Shown: in pieces, positions 1 through 16,100 of the stretch
Layout: each line of letters opens with the position of its first letter
Numbering within the stretch: position 1 is the stretch's first letter
Source of the DNA: Dictyostelium discoideum
Taxonomy: Eukaryota
Assembly: GCA_000004695.1 (NCBI GenBank)
Contig: CM000151.3
Coordinates: 2,048,001-2,112,000, forward strand
DNA: 64,000 bases
Reading direction: 5' to 3'
Program-made: the position numbers and the translations under genes
Notes under the pieces: generated by a model
The model's database searches: none
Told to the model about the DNA's origin: nothing
Seen by the model: only the letters and a program-made list of their open reading frames with translations

Positions 1-227
1 AAATAAAATAAAAAATTAATAACAAACTTCCCCACTGAATTAGTACCATATTTAACACAAAACTTATTAAATTTTTTTAAAAAAAAAAAAAAAAAGAGAA
101 TAAAAAGGTGGAATTTTTCAAAACAAATTATTTTATTATATTTTAAAAATAATTATATCTCTTATTATTTTACAAAAATAAATTTATTACTTTTTATTAT
201 TGTTTAAAAGAAAAAAATTAAAAACCA

Positions 228-593
228 ATGTCTAATCAAAACAAGTTTATCTGTAAACATATTGGTTGTGGTAAGGAATTTGCTCATTCAAGCTCAAGAA
301 CTCGTCATCAAAACTCTGTTAAACATAGTTGTTGTGATAATTTATTTAAGTGTTACCCTGAAACTGTTGATCCATCATCTCGTGTTAAATGTCGTCATAC
401 AAATTGTAATCAATGGGGTCACACTAAACATAGAACTCGCCATGAGAAATGTGGTATCCACAGCAAACCATGCCCTGATGTTTTTTGTGTTGCATGTACC
501 AGATCCGATGAATTTGTACGTGGAAAACCATGGGTTGAAGATTTTGATCTATTACAATTACCTCCCTTCCATTGCTTTTTTAAATTTGCCTAA
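228..593 (+). CDS. Small Cys/His-rich protein with one N-terminal C2H2-type zinc finger (C-x4-C-x12-H-x5-H: CKHIGCGKEFAHSSSRTRHQNSVKH)
   Basis: Intronless 121-aa ORF with typical Dictyostelium A/T-third-position codon usage and clearly higher GC than the flanking DNA. The C2H2 spacing is read directly from the translation. The rest of the protein is Cys/His-rich without a motif I recognise. Confidence 0.45.
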   Translation: MSNQNKFICKHIGCGKEFAHSSSRTRHQNSVKHSCCDNLFKCYPETVDPSSRVKCRHTNCNQWGHTKHRTRHEKCGIHSKPCPDVFCVACTRSDEFVRGKPWVEDFDLLQLPPFHCFFKFA

Positions 594-717
594 CAAATTA
601 AATGACTTAATAATAAATTAAATTATTTAATCAATAAAAATAATAAATAATAAATAATAATAAATATTAATTTAAAATAAAATTATAAAAATAGACTGAA
701 AATTTAATAATTTTGAT

Positions 718-744
<27 letters not shown>

Positions 745-750
<6 letters not shown>

Positions 751-835
751 TAAGATTTTGATCAATTAAAATTATTGCCTCCTTTCCATTTTTTGTTATT
801 TAAATTTGAATAATAAATTAAAATGATCGTATTAT
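745..835 (+). repeat. Partial duplicate of the 3' end and 3' UTR of the 228..593 gene
   Basis: The string gattttgatc-attaaaattattgcctcctttccatttttt...ttaaatttgaataataaattaaa repeats gattttgatctattacaattacctcccttccattgcttttttaaatttgcctaacaaattaaatg (535..605). It lies about 210 bp downstream, separated by an A24 run. Confidence 0.35.
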
Positions 836-951
836 TAAAAATAAATAATAAATATTAAAAAAAATTGTTTGTAATAATCTTATTATTTTATTAAATATAA
901 AAATTGGTAAATTTTTAATAAATTAAAATAAAATAATATAAATTATTTTTT

Positions 952-1699
952 TTATACGCTTGGGAGTGAAGTCTTTTTATTATTATCTTGTTTCAAAAAT
1001 TTGACAAACTTTAATTATTAAATAGAATAAAATTGGTTAGAAAATAATTTTAATATATATTTTTTTGGGGGGTGAAAAAATAAAAAAAAACTTACACCTT
1101 CTAGATCTTCATAGGAAAGACTACCTTCTTTGTTAGTATCAATTTGTTCAAAAACGTAATCAGTAGTTTTCTTTGAATTTCCGCAACCTAGTTCATCAAG
1201 TTTGGTTTTTAATTCGTGATGGGAAATCATTTTATCATTGTTTTTATCGAATCTTAAGAGGAAGCTTTCAATATCAATTTCTGGTTTATCTTGGAATTTA
1301 TCACAGTTTTTAGAAATTTCTCTATCATCAATGTCATTGAAACAGATTGACTCATCTAATTTTTTATTCAAAGATTTAAAGAGTAATACAGCCAATCTTT
1401 CTGGATTTTTTGAATCTGAAATAAAAAAAATAAAATAAAAAATAAAAATAAAAATAATTAGTTTATTGTTATTTTTAACATTCAGATAATAATGATAAAT
1501 ACTTACTCTTTTTTAATAATTGAACAATTTCATCAATTGAATATTGACGATCTTTATCTAATTATTTATATATTGGATTTTAAAATTAGTATAATTAACT
1601 TCATTTCTTTTTACAAATAATTAATATATAATTACTTTTATCACATTTCAAAATTGTTGGTTTAATTTCATTTAAACAATGTTCTGAAACTGATGCCAT
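952..1699 (-). CDS. EF-hand calcium-binding protein (about 163 aa, 3-4 EF loops), 4 exons
   Basis: Exons on the minus strand: 1699..1636 (ATG; MASVSEHCLNEIKPTILKCDK), 1557..1507, 1415..1096, and a putative terminal micro-exon 1008..952. Donors are GTAATT, GTAAGT and GTAAGT; acceptors are ttag, tttcag and ttaaag. Phases are consistent (64+51+320 = 435 nt). EF-hand loops DKNKDRQYSIDE, DKNNDKMISHHE and DTNKEGSLSYED are read from the translation. The last exon is supported only by the GTAAGT right after ...EDLEG and an AT-rich 87-nt intron. Confidence 0.6.
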
Positions 1700-2384
1700 G
1701 TTTTCTTTTATTATTGAGATAAGGAATAATTAATAATGAATGAATGAATAAGAGGTATAGGAAAAATTATAATTAATTTAAAAAAAACAATAAAAAAAAA
1801 ATAAAAAAATTATTTAAAAGCAAAGAAAAAAAAAAACAAAAAAAAAATGAGAATAATAAAAATAATAATAAAAAAATTAAATAAAATTAAATTAAATTAC
1901 AAGTGTGGTAAATTTGTAAACACACATCAATGTTCAAAACAAATCTCATTACCACAGCTTCCTTATTTTTTTGGGAAAAAAAATAAAAAAAAAATAAAAA
2001 ATAAAAAATAAAAAAATAAAAAAAAAATAATAAAAAATAAATTTCTTTAGGTGGTCAATATTTTTTTTCTATTTTTTAATAAATCAAGATTAAATTCATT
2101 TATTTTTGGATCTGAAAAAAAAAAAAAAATAATAAAAAAAAAAAAATATAAAAAAATAAAAATTTTTTTCATTTGTTATTAAAATTTGGGAAAAGAAAAT
2201 GAGTCTGAGAAAACTAAAGGGTAATTATATAATTATACGAGCACCAAATCCTTTTTATTTTTAAGAATTTCTTCTTATATTGAATTGTTTTTATATTTGT
2301 ATTAATTAATTTCCTACTAATTGTTCTTCAAAATAAAAAAACAATTACAAAAAATGGTAAATAATAAAATTTAAAAAAAAAAAG

Positions 2385-2432
<48 letters not shown>

Positions 2433-3219
2433 ATAAAAAATATATGGAATTAAAAGAAAATATATTTTTTTTTATTTTTATCACTATTTTTTAAATCAAT
2501 TTTTTATTTTGGAAATAATTATAAGTGATTTAAAGGCGACTTATTTATTCTGAAAAAAAAAATTAAATTTTTTTTTTTTTTTTTTTTTTATTTATGATCA
2601 AACGAAAATTTTTTTACTTTTTTTTGTTTTCTTAAATTCTGGTTTCAAATCTTTAAATCAAAAATTCTTATTTTATTTTTAATATAAAAGAAATTTTTTT
2701 TTTTTTTTTAGCTCATTCAAAAAAAAAACAAAGTATATACCTTTAAAATAAAATAAAAAAAAAAAAAAAAAAACCAGCTTTTAAAATATAAAAAAACAAT
2801 AAAAATTATTATTAAAAAAAAAAAATTTATTTAATATTTTGAAAAAAAAAAAAAAAAAAAAAAACATACAAATTAATTAATTGTTTTTTTAATTAGATAT
2901 CTTTTTAAAAATAGGTTATTTTATGTCAATGTGGGTTATTTATTTTTTTTAATAGATATTTTGTATAGTTATTGGTTTATTTAGTATGAATCGGTACTAA
3001 TCCAATTGCCAGAGAATGAAAGGATGTTATTCTATTTAAGATATATCTTTTCATTCTCGGGCATTGTTGATAGGTAGATTTAAACAGCTGTTTCACTAAA
3101 TAATTTATTTTTTTAAAAAAATAAAAAAAACTATTTTATACATTAAACACAAAATAAAATATGGAAATTTTTTAATTTTCAATCAAGGTAAATAATAAAA
3201 ATACTTTTTATTCCAATAA

Positions 3220-3260
<41 letters not shown>

Positions 3261-3968
3261 TTTTTACTAATATTAATTTATATTATAGCTTGATTGGTAT
3301 AAAACAAAAATTAAAAAATCAAAGTTTAGTGAACTGTATTTTGCTGAAATCAGTGTGATTGTGTTTGATAATCCCAAACAAAATCCCAAACAAAATCAGA
3401 AACAATATAAAATAAAATAAAATAAAAATAAAAAAATAAAATAAAAAAAAAAACAAAATAATTATTTTTTATTGTTTTGAAATTTCAGATCCATTATCTT
3501 TTTTTTTTTGTTAAATTTATTAATATTAACTATGATCCAATAAATATTATTGGTTTTATATATTCCAACATTTTTCGATTTTGGATCAATTTTTCAATAT
3601 AAAGAATCAGAGAAACTAACAAAGTTTGTAATTTATTTTTTCATTATCAATAATTTTAATTTTATTTTTCAAAAGATTTCAAAAGAAATTTAGAGTGATT
3701 CCTTTTTTGGAATATAACGAATAAAAAAAAATAAATAATAAAAAGAATAAAAAAAAATAAAAAAAAATAAAATTTGAAAAAACAGATAATAGATTGTCAT
3801 ATACGGATAATTGGACATTCTACTTTAATTTGATTTGATTTAAATTTTTTTTTTAAATTTTTTTTTTTTTAAATATTTTCTGTATAGATATAAAAAAAAA
3901 AAAAATTAAAAAAGTTTTATTTATATATATAATTTATAAATTGTTGGAAAAAATATTATTTTTATAAA

Positions 3969-6900
3969 TTATAAGCCAATATCACATTTAACAAACTGTT
4001 GATCATAATAAAAATCATCTTCTTGATTAATATTATCATCTTCATTGTAATAATCACATTCCCAACCATTTTCATTACAATCAAATAAATCATCTTGATA
4101 ATATTGGTATTGTTCTTGTTCTACTCCTACATCATCTTTTTCTTGGTAATCATTATAAAAGAAATCTTCTCCTTGATAATCATCAAATGAGAAATTACGT
4201 TGTTTATCGTTAAAATCTTTTTCAAATTCATCAAATGTTAAATTTCTATGATTGAAACCATTACCATTACTATTATTATTATTAAAAAACTTCATTAAAT
4301 TTTGTATATCTTCACGAGTTGAATCTGATTTTGAAATTATTTTTTTAAATTCTTTAATTAATTCATCTTGATCTCCAACTATTTGTAAATTAGTTTCAAA
4401 TACCTTATAATAAGATTCATCAATCTTTGCCAAGAATACTAAAGTATGTAAAATTTGAAAATTAATTTGATAATTATTACTTTCATCTGATAATAAATTT
4501 TTTAATAATTGTTCAAAAAACTATAATAATAAAATAAATAAAAATTAATAAATGTAATATGATTATATGTTATTATTGAAATTAACTACTTACTTTTAAT
4601 TTTTTAAATTGATTTTTTAATTTTTTTGAACATTTAATTGGATTATGAAGTGAAATGATAACATTTGCCAATGGTATATAAAATTTAATTGATGGATTTA
4701 AAAACAAAGCAACTTTAATACCATTTAATAATGTTGAAATAACCTTATCATTCATTTTAATATTTAAAGATAAAGTAACTAAAAACTTTACAACTATTAT
4801 ACTAATTTGTAGAAGTGTTGTTAAAAAATGAGGATTATCAATACAAAGATTATGAAAAATTGGTAAAAGGTTTGATAGGGATTCAATGATTTTTGAATTT
4901 AAAATACAACCAATTCTAATTACTGATGGATCATTCTTTTCTTTTACTTTATTTAAATTTGTTTCTCTCTATCAATAATTGTGAAATTCTTATAAGGGTC
5001 TGAGAATTTATATGAATTTACAATTATTTTTAAACATTTTAAAACTGAAACATATGACGGCTGATCAGTTTCAATCACTTGAACTTTACCAAAATCTACT
5101 AAAAATTTATTAACTGTTTCAATTGGAATTAAATCTGGTGCTTTTCTAAATCTATAAATTTCTTCAAGTATTGTATAATCCATTATACCATCATTTATTA
5201 AATAATTATTTGAAAATAATTTTAAAAACTTTTCATGATTTGGTTTAACAATTGTTGATTCAATATATTCATTCTCTATTTCATTAAATAATAACATTTC
5301 TTTTTGTTTATAATTATCATCAATAAATTGGTATTGTTGTTGGTGTGCTTGATTGTAATTATTTATTTCATCCATTGGTATTGCATTTTCATATGACTCG
5401 TAATTTGATGATTCATTATCTTGGTAAATATCAATTTGTTGTTCTTGCTCTTGTTTTTGTTGTTGTTGCTGTTTTGAATCTTCATTACTATTTCCAAATT
5501 GTGTATATTCAATACTAATATTAAGTTCATCTTCAATTAGATCCTCTTGGAATATATCCATTTCAATTTGATATTTTTTATGAATTTTATTTTTTTCATG
5601 ATTGCTAATTAATTCAATATGACCATTTTGATTTTTTGGGTGAATTGAATAATAACTTGGTGGTTCATCACTTGGAAGTGTTGTTGTTGTTGCTTTTGTT
5701 GTTGGTGTTGTTATTGCTTTTTGATATAAATTATCGTTATTTAAAAACATATTACATGATAGTAATAGTGGTTGTTGTGGTTGATGTTGCTCTTTGACTA
5801 CCAATTTTTCAAAAATTGGTTGATATTGCTCTTTGACCACCAATTCTTCAAAAATTGGTTTCATTTGTAAGAAATCCAACATTTCTACAATATATTTTAA
5901 TTTTTGTTCATCTCCACCTTGATTGTAACAATTTAAAAAAACAATAGACCTTAATTGGCAAAGTGGAAAGTTGTTAAAAAAATCTTTAATTAATTCTACA
6001 CAATACTATTTAAAAAAAAAAAAAATAATAATAATAATAAAAGTGTGTTAATTTAAATAATTTTTTTTATAATATATATGTATTAATACGTACTGTAATA
6101 ATTAAAAATGGGGTTTTAATTGGGTCTGAAAGGATATTAAAATCAATATCTCCAGAAACAAAACCTTTGTTTACGACATCAATATCGAAACCATTTGATA
6201 AATTTGATTTCAATATATAATTCTGATTGAAAATTTTAAAAAACTTTGAAAAAGTAACTTTTTCAATATTTAATTTTATTGAATATGATAAACTCTTTTT
6301 ATCAACGAAATCATAATGATTTGAAATCGAGTTGATATCAAGGAATTGAATTTCCTTATAATTAATATTACAATCTTGGAAATATGATAAAAAACTATTA
6401 TTTATTATAGAATTAATATAATATAATAAACAATAGTATATTTCTATATATATTTGTAAAAGATTTAAAAATTATATATTAATATTCAAATATAAAAATA
6501 AAAAAATAAAAATAAAAATAAAAAAATAACTTACCACAAGATATATTTGATTTTATAAATTGAAAGTCATTTTCACTTTGGCAATTTAATATTTTATTTT
6601 TCAATGATTTTGAATCTTTACTTGAAAGATATAAAAGTCTTTCTACTTGTATTAAAATATCATAATTTTTGTAATCTTGATATTGTAAATTTGAAATTAA
6701 TTCAACTGAATTATAAATTTCAATTATTCTATTTTTTAATGGAATATCAGTAACAACCGATTCTAATAATCTTAAAAATTTATCTTTTTTTTCAAATGCA
6801 TCATATTGAACATATCGAAAACATTGAACCTAAAATAAAAAAAAAATAAAATAAAATAAAACCAAATTAGTTTTTTTTTTTTTTTTTTTTTAAAGGAAAA

Positions 6901-7275
6901 AAAATACTTGCATCTGGATAACCTAATAAAAAAATATTAATGAATAAAATTTCATCATTAAGAGTTGATTTTTTAATTTTATAATGAGTTTCAATTGATG
7001 TATCACCAAGTGTTGAAATTGTTAAAAGTTTCCATAATTCAATAGAGTTTAAAGAAAATGATATGGATTCTTGAATTTCTTTATAATTAAAATTTAGTTT
7101 TGTTCCGCATATATATTCTTGAATGAAAAGATTTTTTGATTCATGGTCATTACCAAAAATTAAAAATCTTTCATTTCGATTATTATTAAAAGTTGATTTT
7201 AAATTTTTCACATTTGATGTGGTTAAAGGCGCTGATAAATTATTTAAAATTAAATAATTTTTGAAATAAATATCT

Positions 7276-7310
<35 letters not shown>

Positions 7311-7385
7311 TTTTTTTTTTATTAAATTAGTTTGGGAAAGTAAAGAACTTTTTTCAATTAAAAGATTCTTTATTTTTTTTTCCAT
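3969..7385 (-). CDS. Large multi-exon hypothetical protein (about 6-7 exons, roughly 1000 aa); no recognised domain
   Basis: Minus-strand coding blocks run 7385..6908 (start MEKKIKNLLIEK, poly-N tract), 6829..6535, 6395..6094, 6005..4953, about 4950..4594 and 4520..3969 (acidic D/E/Y/Q-rich C-terminus). They are joined by AT-rich introns with GTAAGT/GTACGT donors. Introns 6534..6396, 6093..6006 and 4593..4521 were hand-verified as phase-consistent. Two junctions are not clean: a phase mismatch at 6908/6829, and an in-frame TAA at 4955..4953 with the ORF continuing in another frame. The product is not recognised. Confidence 0.4.
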
Positions 7386-7528
7386 TTTCTGATTTTTAAG
7401 GGTTTTTTTTTTTTTTTATTTTTTTTTTTATTTTTTTTAATTTTTTTTTTGTTCGCTTCCAATAAAAAAAAAAAAAAATAAAAATCTAAGTGTCTGCAAA
7501 TTTTGAATTAATAACTGGTTTTTTTTTG

Positions 7529-7562
<34 letters not shown>

Positions 7563-7991
7563 AAGGGGTAGGTTTTGAGAGAGATGCCTTTGGAAAATGT
7601 TTTGTTTTGTTTTAAGTCGACTTAAAAAATATCCTTTTTTTTTTTTTATTATTAATCAAAAATAAAAAAAATAAAAAAAAAGATTTGTTGCTCTTTTATG
7701 ATTAGTTTTGCGCATATGTATGTGTGAATAAAAAATAGAAAAAAAATAAAAAAAAAAGAAAAAAAAGAAAAAAATAATGCTGTTTTGTTTTAGAAATTGG
7801 CGAACTCAAATTCTAACGGGCAAATATTTTTAGTGAAGAAAAAAAAAAAAAAATAAAAAAAAATTAAAAAAAAAAAATACCTATTATTTTATGATAGAAA
7901 AAAAAAAAAAAAAAAAAACACACAAATTATTTATTATTTAACAATATATGTTATTTTTGACATTGAAAAAAAAATTATTTTAATCCTGGAA

Positions 7992-8022
<31 letters not shown>

Positions 8023-8743
8023 TTTATTTATTTAACATTCACAAGATGTGTTTCACTTCCAAGATATAAAACCAATATTAACAAAGAGGTGTTTTATTTG
8101 TCACGATATTGATTGTACATTTTTTTTTTTGTATTTTATCGTTTTTTACCTTTTTTATTTCACAACACTTAAATCACAAAAATGTAAATGTGAAAAAAAA
8201 ACCCACACTCCCAAAGTGTTTAGAAACTTTTATTTATAACTTTTTGATTCACTCCAATTTTTTAAATGGACAAAAAAATAAAAAAAATAAAAAAAATAAA
8301 AAAAATAAAAAAAATAATTTTCACTGATTTATTTTTATATATTTTTTTTATTTTTTAAAAAACTGGTTGAGAGGTACCATTGCTTTTAATTTCAGCTATA
8401 TTTACCTTTGAGTAATTATATTTTTTTAGAAAAAAAAAAAAAACAAAAAAAAAAAAAAAAAAAACTTAATTTTATTTATTTTCATAATTAATTTTAAAAA
8501 CTTTATTTAAGGAAATTTTAAGACTCCTTTTTTTTTACAATAGAAATTTATTAATAATTTTAAAATAAAAAAAATATTAATTTATTTAATAAATTAGATA
8601 ACTCATTTGTTTATTTTTTTTTTTTTTTTCCTTTTTTTTTTTATTTTTCAATTTTTTTTTTTATTTTTTATTTTTCAATTTTTTTTATTCTTTTATTTTT
8701 TTATTTTTTAATTTAAAATTAAAAAATCAATGTAGAGAAATAT

Positions 8744-9388
8744 ATGTCTACACAATCACCAACTTCAACAAATAATAATATTAGTAATATTGCAAATCAA
8801 TGTAATAAAAGGATTGCAATGGTATGTGCATCCAATCAAAATCGTAGTTTGGAAGCACATCATTTATTTGTAAAGAATGGATTTAAGAATATAAGGTCAT
8901 TTGGTACATCAGCACATTGTAAATTACCAGGACCATCAATTCATCAACCAAATATATTTTCATTTGGTACACCATATCAAGAGATCTATACATCACTAAA
9001 GAATCAAGATCAAGAACTTTACATTAGAAATGGTTTATTGAATATGTTGGAACGTAATATCTCTGTTAAACTTGCACCAGAGAAATGGCAAGAAGAACAA
9101 CAATCAAAATTTGAAATCGTCTATACATTTGATCAACGTGTTTACGATGCCGTCATTGAAGATCTCTTACAAAGAGATGTATCCTCCTCACTATTACAAC
9201 CTGTACATATAATCAATTTACAAGTTAAAGATACTCACGAAGAAGCTGTAGGTGGTGCACAACATGCTTTAGAAATTACTTCAATCATTGAAAAAACTCT
9301 TAATTGGGAAGAGAAATTAGATCAAATTTTAGAAGATTTTTATAAACAAACTTCAAGACAATTTTTACATACTTTAATGTTTTATTAA
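8744..9388 (+). CDS. ssu72: Ssu72-family RNA polymerase II CTD phosphatase
   Basis: Single-exon 214-aa ORF. The N-terminal low-molecular-weight-PTP-like signature VCASNQNRSLEAH (CX5RS phosphatase P-loop) and the overall length (about 200 aa) match the Ssu72 family. Confidence 0.85.
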   Translation: MSTQSPTSTNNNISNIANQCNKRIAMVCASNQNRSLEAHHLFVKNGFKNIRSFGTSAHCKLPGPSIHQPNIFSFGTPYQEIYTSLKNQDQELYIRNGLLNMLERNISVKLAPEKWQEEQQSKFEIVYTFDQRVYDAVIEDLLQRDVSSSLLQPVHIINLQVKDTHEEAVGGAQHALEITSIIEKTLNWEEKLDQILEDFYKQTSRQFLHTLMFY

Positions 9389-9413
9389 AAAATAAAAAAA
9401 AAAAAAAAAAAAA

Positions 9414-9444
<31 letters not shown>

Positions 9445-9583
9445 AATAATAATTATAGTTTTTTAAAGTATGTTTACTATTTTTATTTTTATTCTTTTAA
9501 TTTTATGTTTATTTTATTTTATTTACTTTTATTTTTATTTTTTTTTATTTTTTTATTTTTAATTTTCCAAAATCTCTTATAAT

Positions 9584-12371
<2,788 letters not shown>

Positions 12372-12761
12372 TTTCTTTTCTTTTTTTTTTTTTTTTTTTT
12401 TTTTCTAAATTTTAAAATTTGGTCAATTGAAAATAAAAAAAAAATAAAAAAGGGTTTATTTATTGAATTCTCTTCAAATGATTAAAATCAATAAAAAAAA
12501 AAAAAAAATTAATTTTTTTTTTGGAGGCAAAAAAATTCATTTTTTTTTTTTTTTTTTTTATTTTTTTTTATTTTTTTTTATTTTTTTTGAAAAAAATTTA
12601 AAAAAAACTTTTTTTGAACATGCACTTTTTTGGGTTGTTTTTCTTTTAAATTGTAAACCCACTTGAAATAATAAAATAATAGATTTGTTTAATATTAATT
12701 GTTTTTTTTTTTTTTTGATATATATTATTGTGGAAATGTTGTACTTCAAATTATATAAATT

Positions 12762-12806
<45 letters not shown>

Positions 12807-12889
12807 AAGTTAATTTAAAAATAAAAAAATAAAAATAAAAAAACAATTTGTTAAAAATAAAAAAATAAAAAAAATCTTTTTTTATTTTT

Positions 12890-12927
<38 letters not shown>

Positions 12928-13112
12928 CCTTGCTAACGTCAACCCTTTTTTTTTTTTTTTTTTTTTTTAAATCGTTTTTTAACACTCTATATATAATAAT
13001 TATTATTTTTAATTATTTATTTCTTTAAACAAATAATAAAATAATAAATGAATAAAAAAAATATATAGAGTAAAATAATATATATATTTTTAAAAAAAAA
13101 AAAAAAAAAAAA

Positions 13113-16100
13113 ATGAATTATAATAATGATTTATATTCTAGAAATAGATGGAGTAAAAATAATAACAATACCAATAATAATAATAATAATAGTTATAATA
13201 CCCATCATATTAATAATGATATAAGTAATAACTATAATAGTAATAATACAAATATATTTAATAAATCCTATTCAAATAATAATAATAATGATAATAATAA
13301 TAATAATTATAATAGTGGTGTTAATAATAATTATAATGGTAGTGGTTCAATAAAAATTATACCACAATTTATAAAAATTTATATTTTCAAAATTAATAAT
13401 AATAAATGGGTACAACTTTTAAAAAGAATAATTAGACAATTAACTCAAGGTAAATTGAAAAAGATATTTTTGGTTTTTCAAGTTTTAGTTTTATTCTTAT
13501 TGTTGGAACATACTTTAAATAAATTTCAGCGTACAAATGATAGTGATTCAACATTGATTGGTTATCGAAATAATTTATGTTCACCTTATGGCAACGTTGG
13601 TGGAATAGAATACCGTGACTCTTTTTCAGAGGTTTTTAATAGAAATCATCTAAATCAATTATTAAATAATTATAATATCGATCGGGATATATTATGTAAT
13701 TATGGACAACAATATCAATTTAAAAAGTTTATTTGGTTATTTGTCGATTCATTAGCACATGATCAGGCGTATGATATGATTGAGCCATTTAAAGAGAATT
13801 CCAATGTTTATAGGGTACTTAATCATGGCTTCAAATTCTCCACTGCCATCTATACTACATTCTTTACTGGTAAGATTCCGACAAACTATGCAGGTAAACC
13901 AATTCAATCGGATAATATATTCTATCAAATGAAGAGAGCTGGTAATCATATGCATTTCGTTGGTCCGGAATTCCCTGCACCAGCATTGTTGGCCGATTCA
14001 CCATCCACCAATCGTTACTTTGAAGAATTCACCATTGTACCCGACGAAACAAATCTATTCTCACAATTGTTTGATCAAGCCAATTCAAATCCAACATCAG
14101 AATCTGTGGCACAGAGATTGAATCAGTTCACAAATGATGGTAGAAAGAGTGTAATGTTCACCACCAATCTATTGGATGATAAAATCCATAGAAATGGTAA
14201 AACTCATCCACCAACATTAAGATTACTATCAACTCTAACTAAAAACATACCATTGTTGAAGAAATGGTTGGCCGATAATCCAGATTACTTATTCATTTTA
14301 AATAGTGATCATGGTGGTAGTAAAACAGGTGGTGTCAACGAAGGTGATCTTCATGGTGCTAAAGATGGTGGTAATGAAGGTTTCTTTTTATTCTACAATG
14401 AAAAACATATAGCATTACAATCGAAACAATCACAACAAATCGATGATAGACCTTGGTTGGATACAGTCGATGTTGCTCCAACCATTGTCAAATACTTTAA
14501 AGATACCAATATACCTTTAGAATCATTGGGTTTGGTCTCCTCTGGTCATTACAATGATTTAAATTCACCAAACATCAATAAAACTGCAATCTATATGGAT
14601 CTATTAATCAATGCAATTCAAATCAGAGAATTATGTCTTTTAAAAGGTTTCCCCTATAGTGAAAGTGATTTCGAAAGAGCAATTTCTTTAGGTACATCAA
14701 TTCAATCTCATCAATTATCTGATAAAATAGATCAACTTAAAAACTTTATTATAAACATTAAAGAGCCAATGGTTGAATTTAAAAAATTCCCTTTAAATTA
14801 TTTAATTTTCACTGGAATTTTATTATTTTTAGTACAGGTAATTAATTTATTTATTTCTAATCTTTTTTTTTTTTTTATAAAAATTATTAATCTTTTTTTT
14901 TATTTTTTTTTTTTATATAGATTATAAATTTAAAGATAGAAATTTCACAAAATGATATTTTATCATTATTAAAGAATAATTTTTTACCAACTGTATTCCC
15001 ATATTTTTATATCTATATTGACTTTTTATTTTTAAAATTCGATTACCATAAACATTTTACAAATGTTTTCAATTTTTATTTCATAATTATTCCAGTCATA
15101 ATTTTATATTTAATTTATAATTTAATGATAGATAAAGTTAGTAATAATCTTAACGAAGATAATGAAGAATTTATTAATAATAATGATATTGATGAAGTTG
15201 ATATTATTTCTCAAGAATTACAACAACAACAACAACAACCTCAAGTACCTTTAATTCATATGAATCAACAACAGCAACAACAATTACAAGTAGAAATAGC
15301 ACCACTTGAGGAAATTTCTTTAGATGATTATAAACAACCACAATCACAACAACAACAACAACAATCACAACCCTCATCAAATGGTATGATTGCTTCGTCA
15401 GCCGAATCATCAACAGCTAATGTACCAAATACTCCAATTAACCAACAAGAACCTATTTTCATACCACAACAACTACAGCAACCACAACAACAACAACAAC
15501 AACAACAAATTGAACAACAACAACAACAACAACAACAACAGCAACAGCAACAACAACAACAATATAATAGTAATAATAATAATAATAACCAACAAGAAGA
15601 ATTAACACCATCAATGTTAGGTAATATTAATTCAAAAATTGAATATGAATGGTTAAATGGTATAGCATTTAATATTTTCTTTGTAGTTGGAACATTTGTA
15701 TCAAGTCATTTCATTATGGAATTTTTACCTATGATTTATGAAAGTTTAGAATCATTTAGTTTTTATACAAACTATTTTATTTTATATTATTTCATTTATA
15801 TTTTAACAATAATTAAAACCATTCAACTTGATAATAGTAATAATAATAATAATTATAATAATACTAGTGGTAATATTTTATTAAATAATCCAATTAAATT
15901 ATTAAATTCAATGCAAACTAGATTATTATTTTTAAAGAGTGGTGGAGTTTATTTGATAGCAGCAACATTATCATTATTTTATGATATTAGTGGTATACCA
16001 TCAATAATGCAACTATGTTATTTGATATTATTGATTCAAGTTTTGATTTTGGTTGCAATGGGTAATTTAATTGACGAATTATGTTTCATTTCAAGTATAT

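Noticed and set aside
8048-8327. Two overlapping plus-strand ORFs (63 and 72 aa) in the ssu72 upstream region
   Set aside because: Composed of F/K/N/L from homopolymer runs, with no start context and no codon bias. They look like AT-rich non-coding DNA.
12463-12942. ORFs rich in K/F between sun1 and the GPI-transferase-like gene
   Set aside because: Made of A/T homopolymers. This is a divergent promoter region, not coding.
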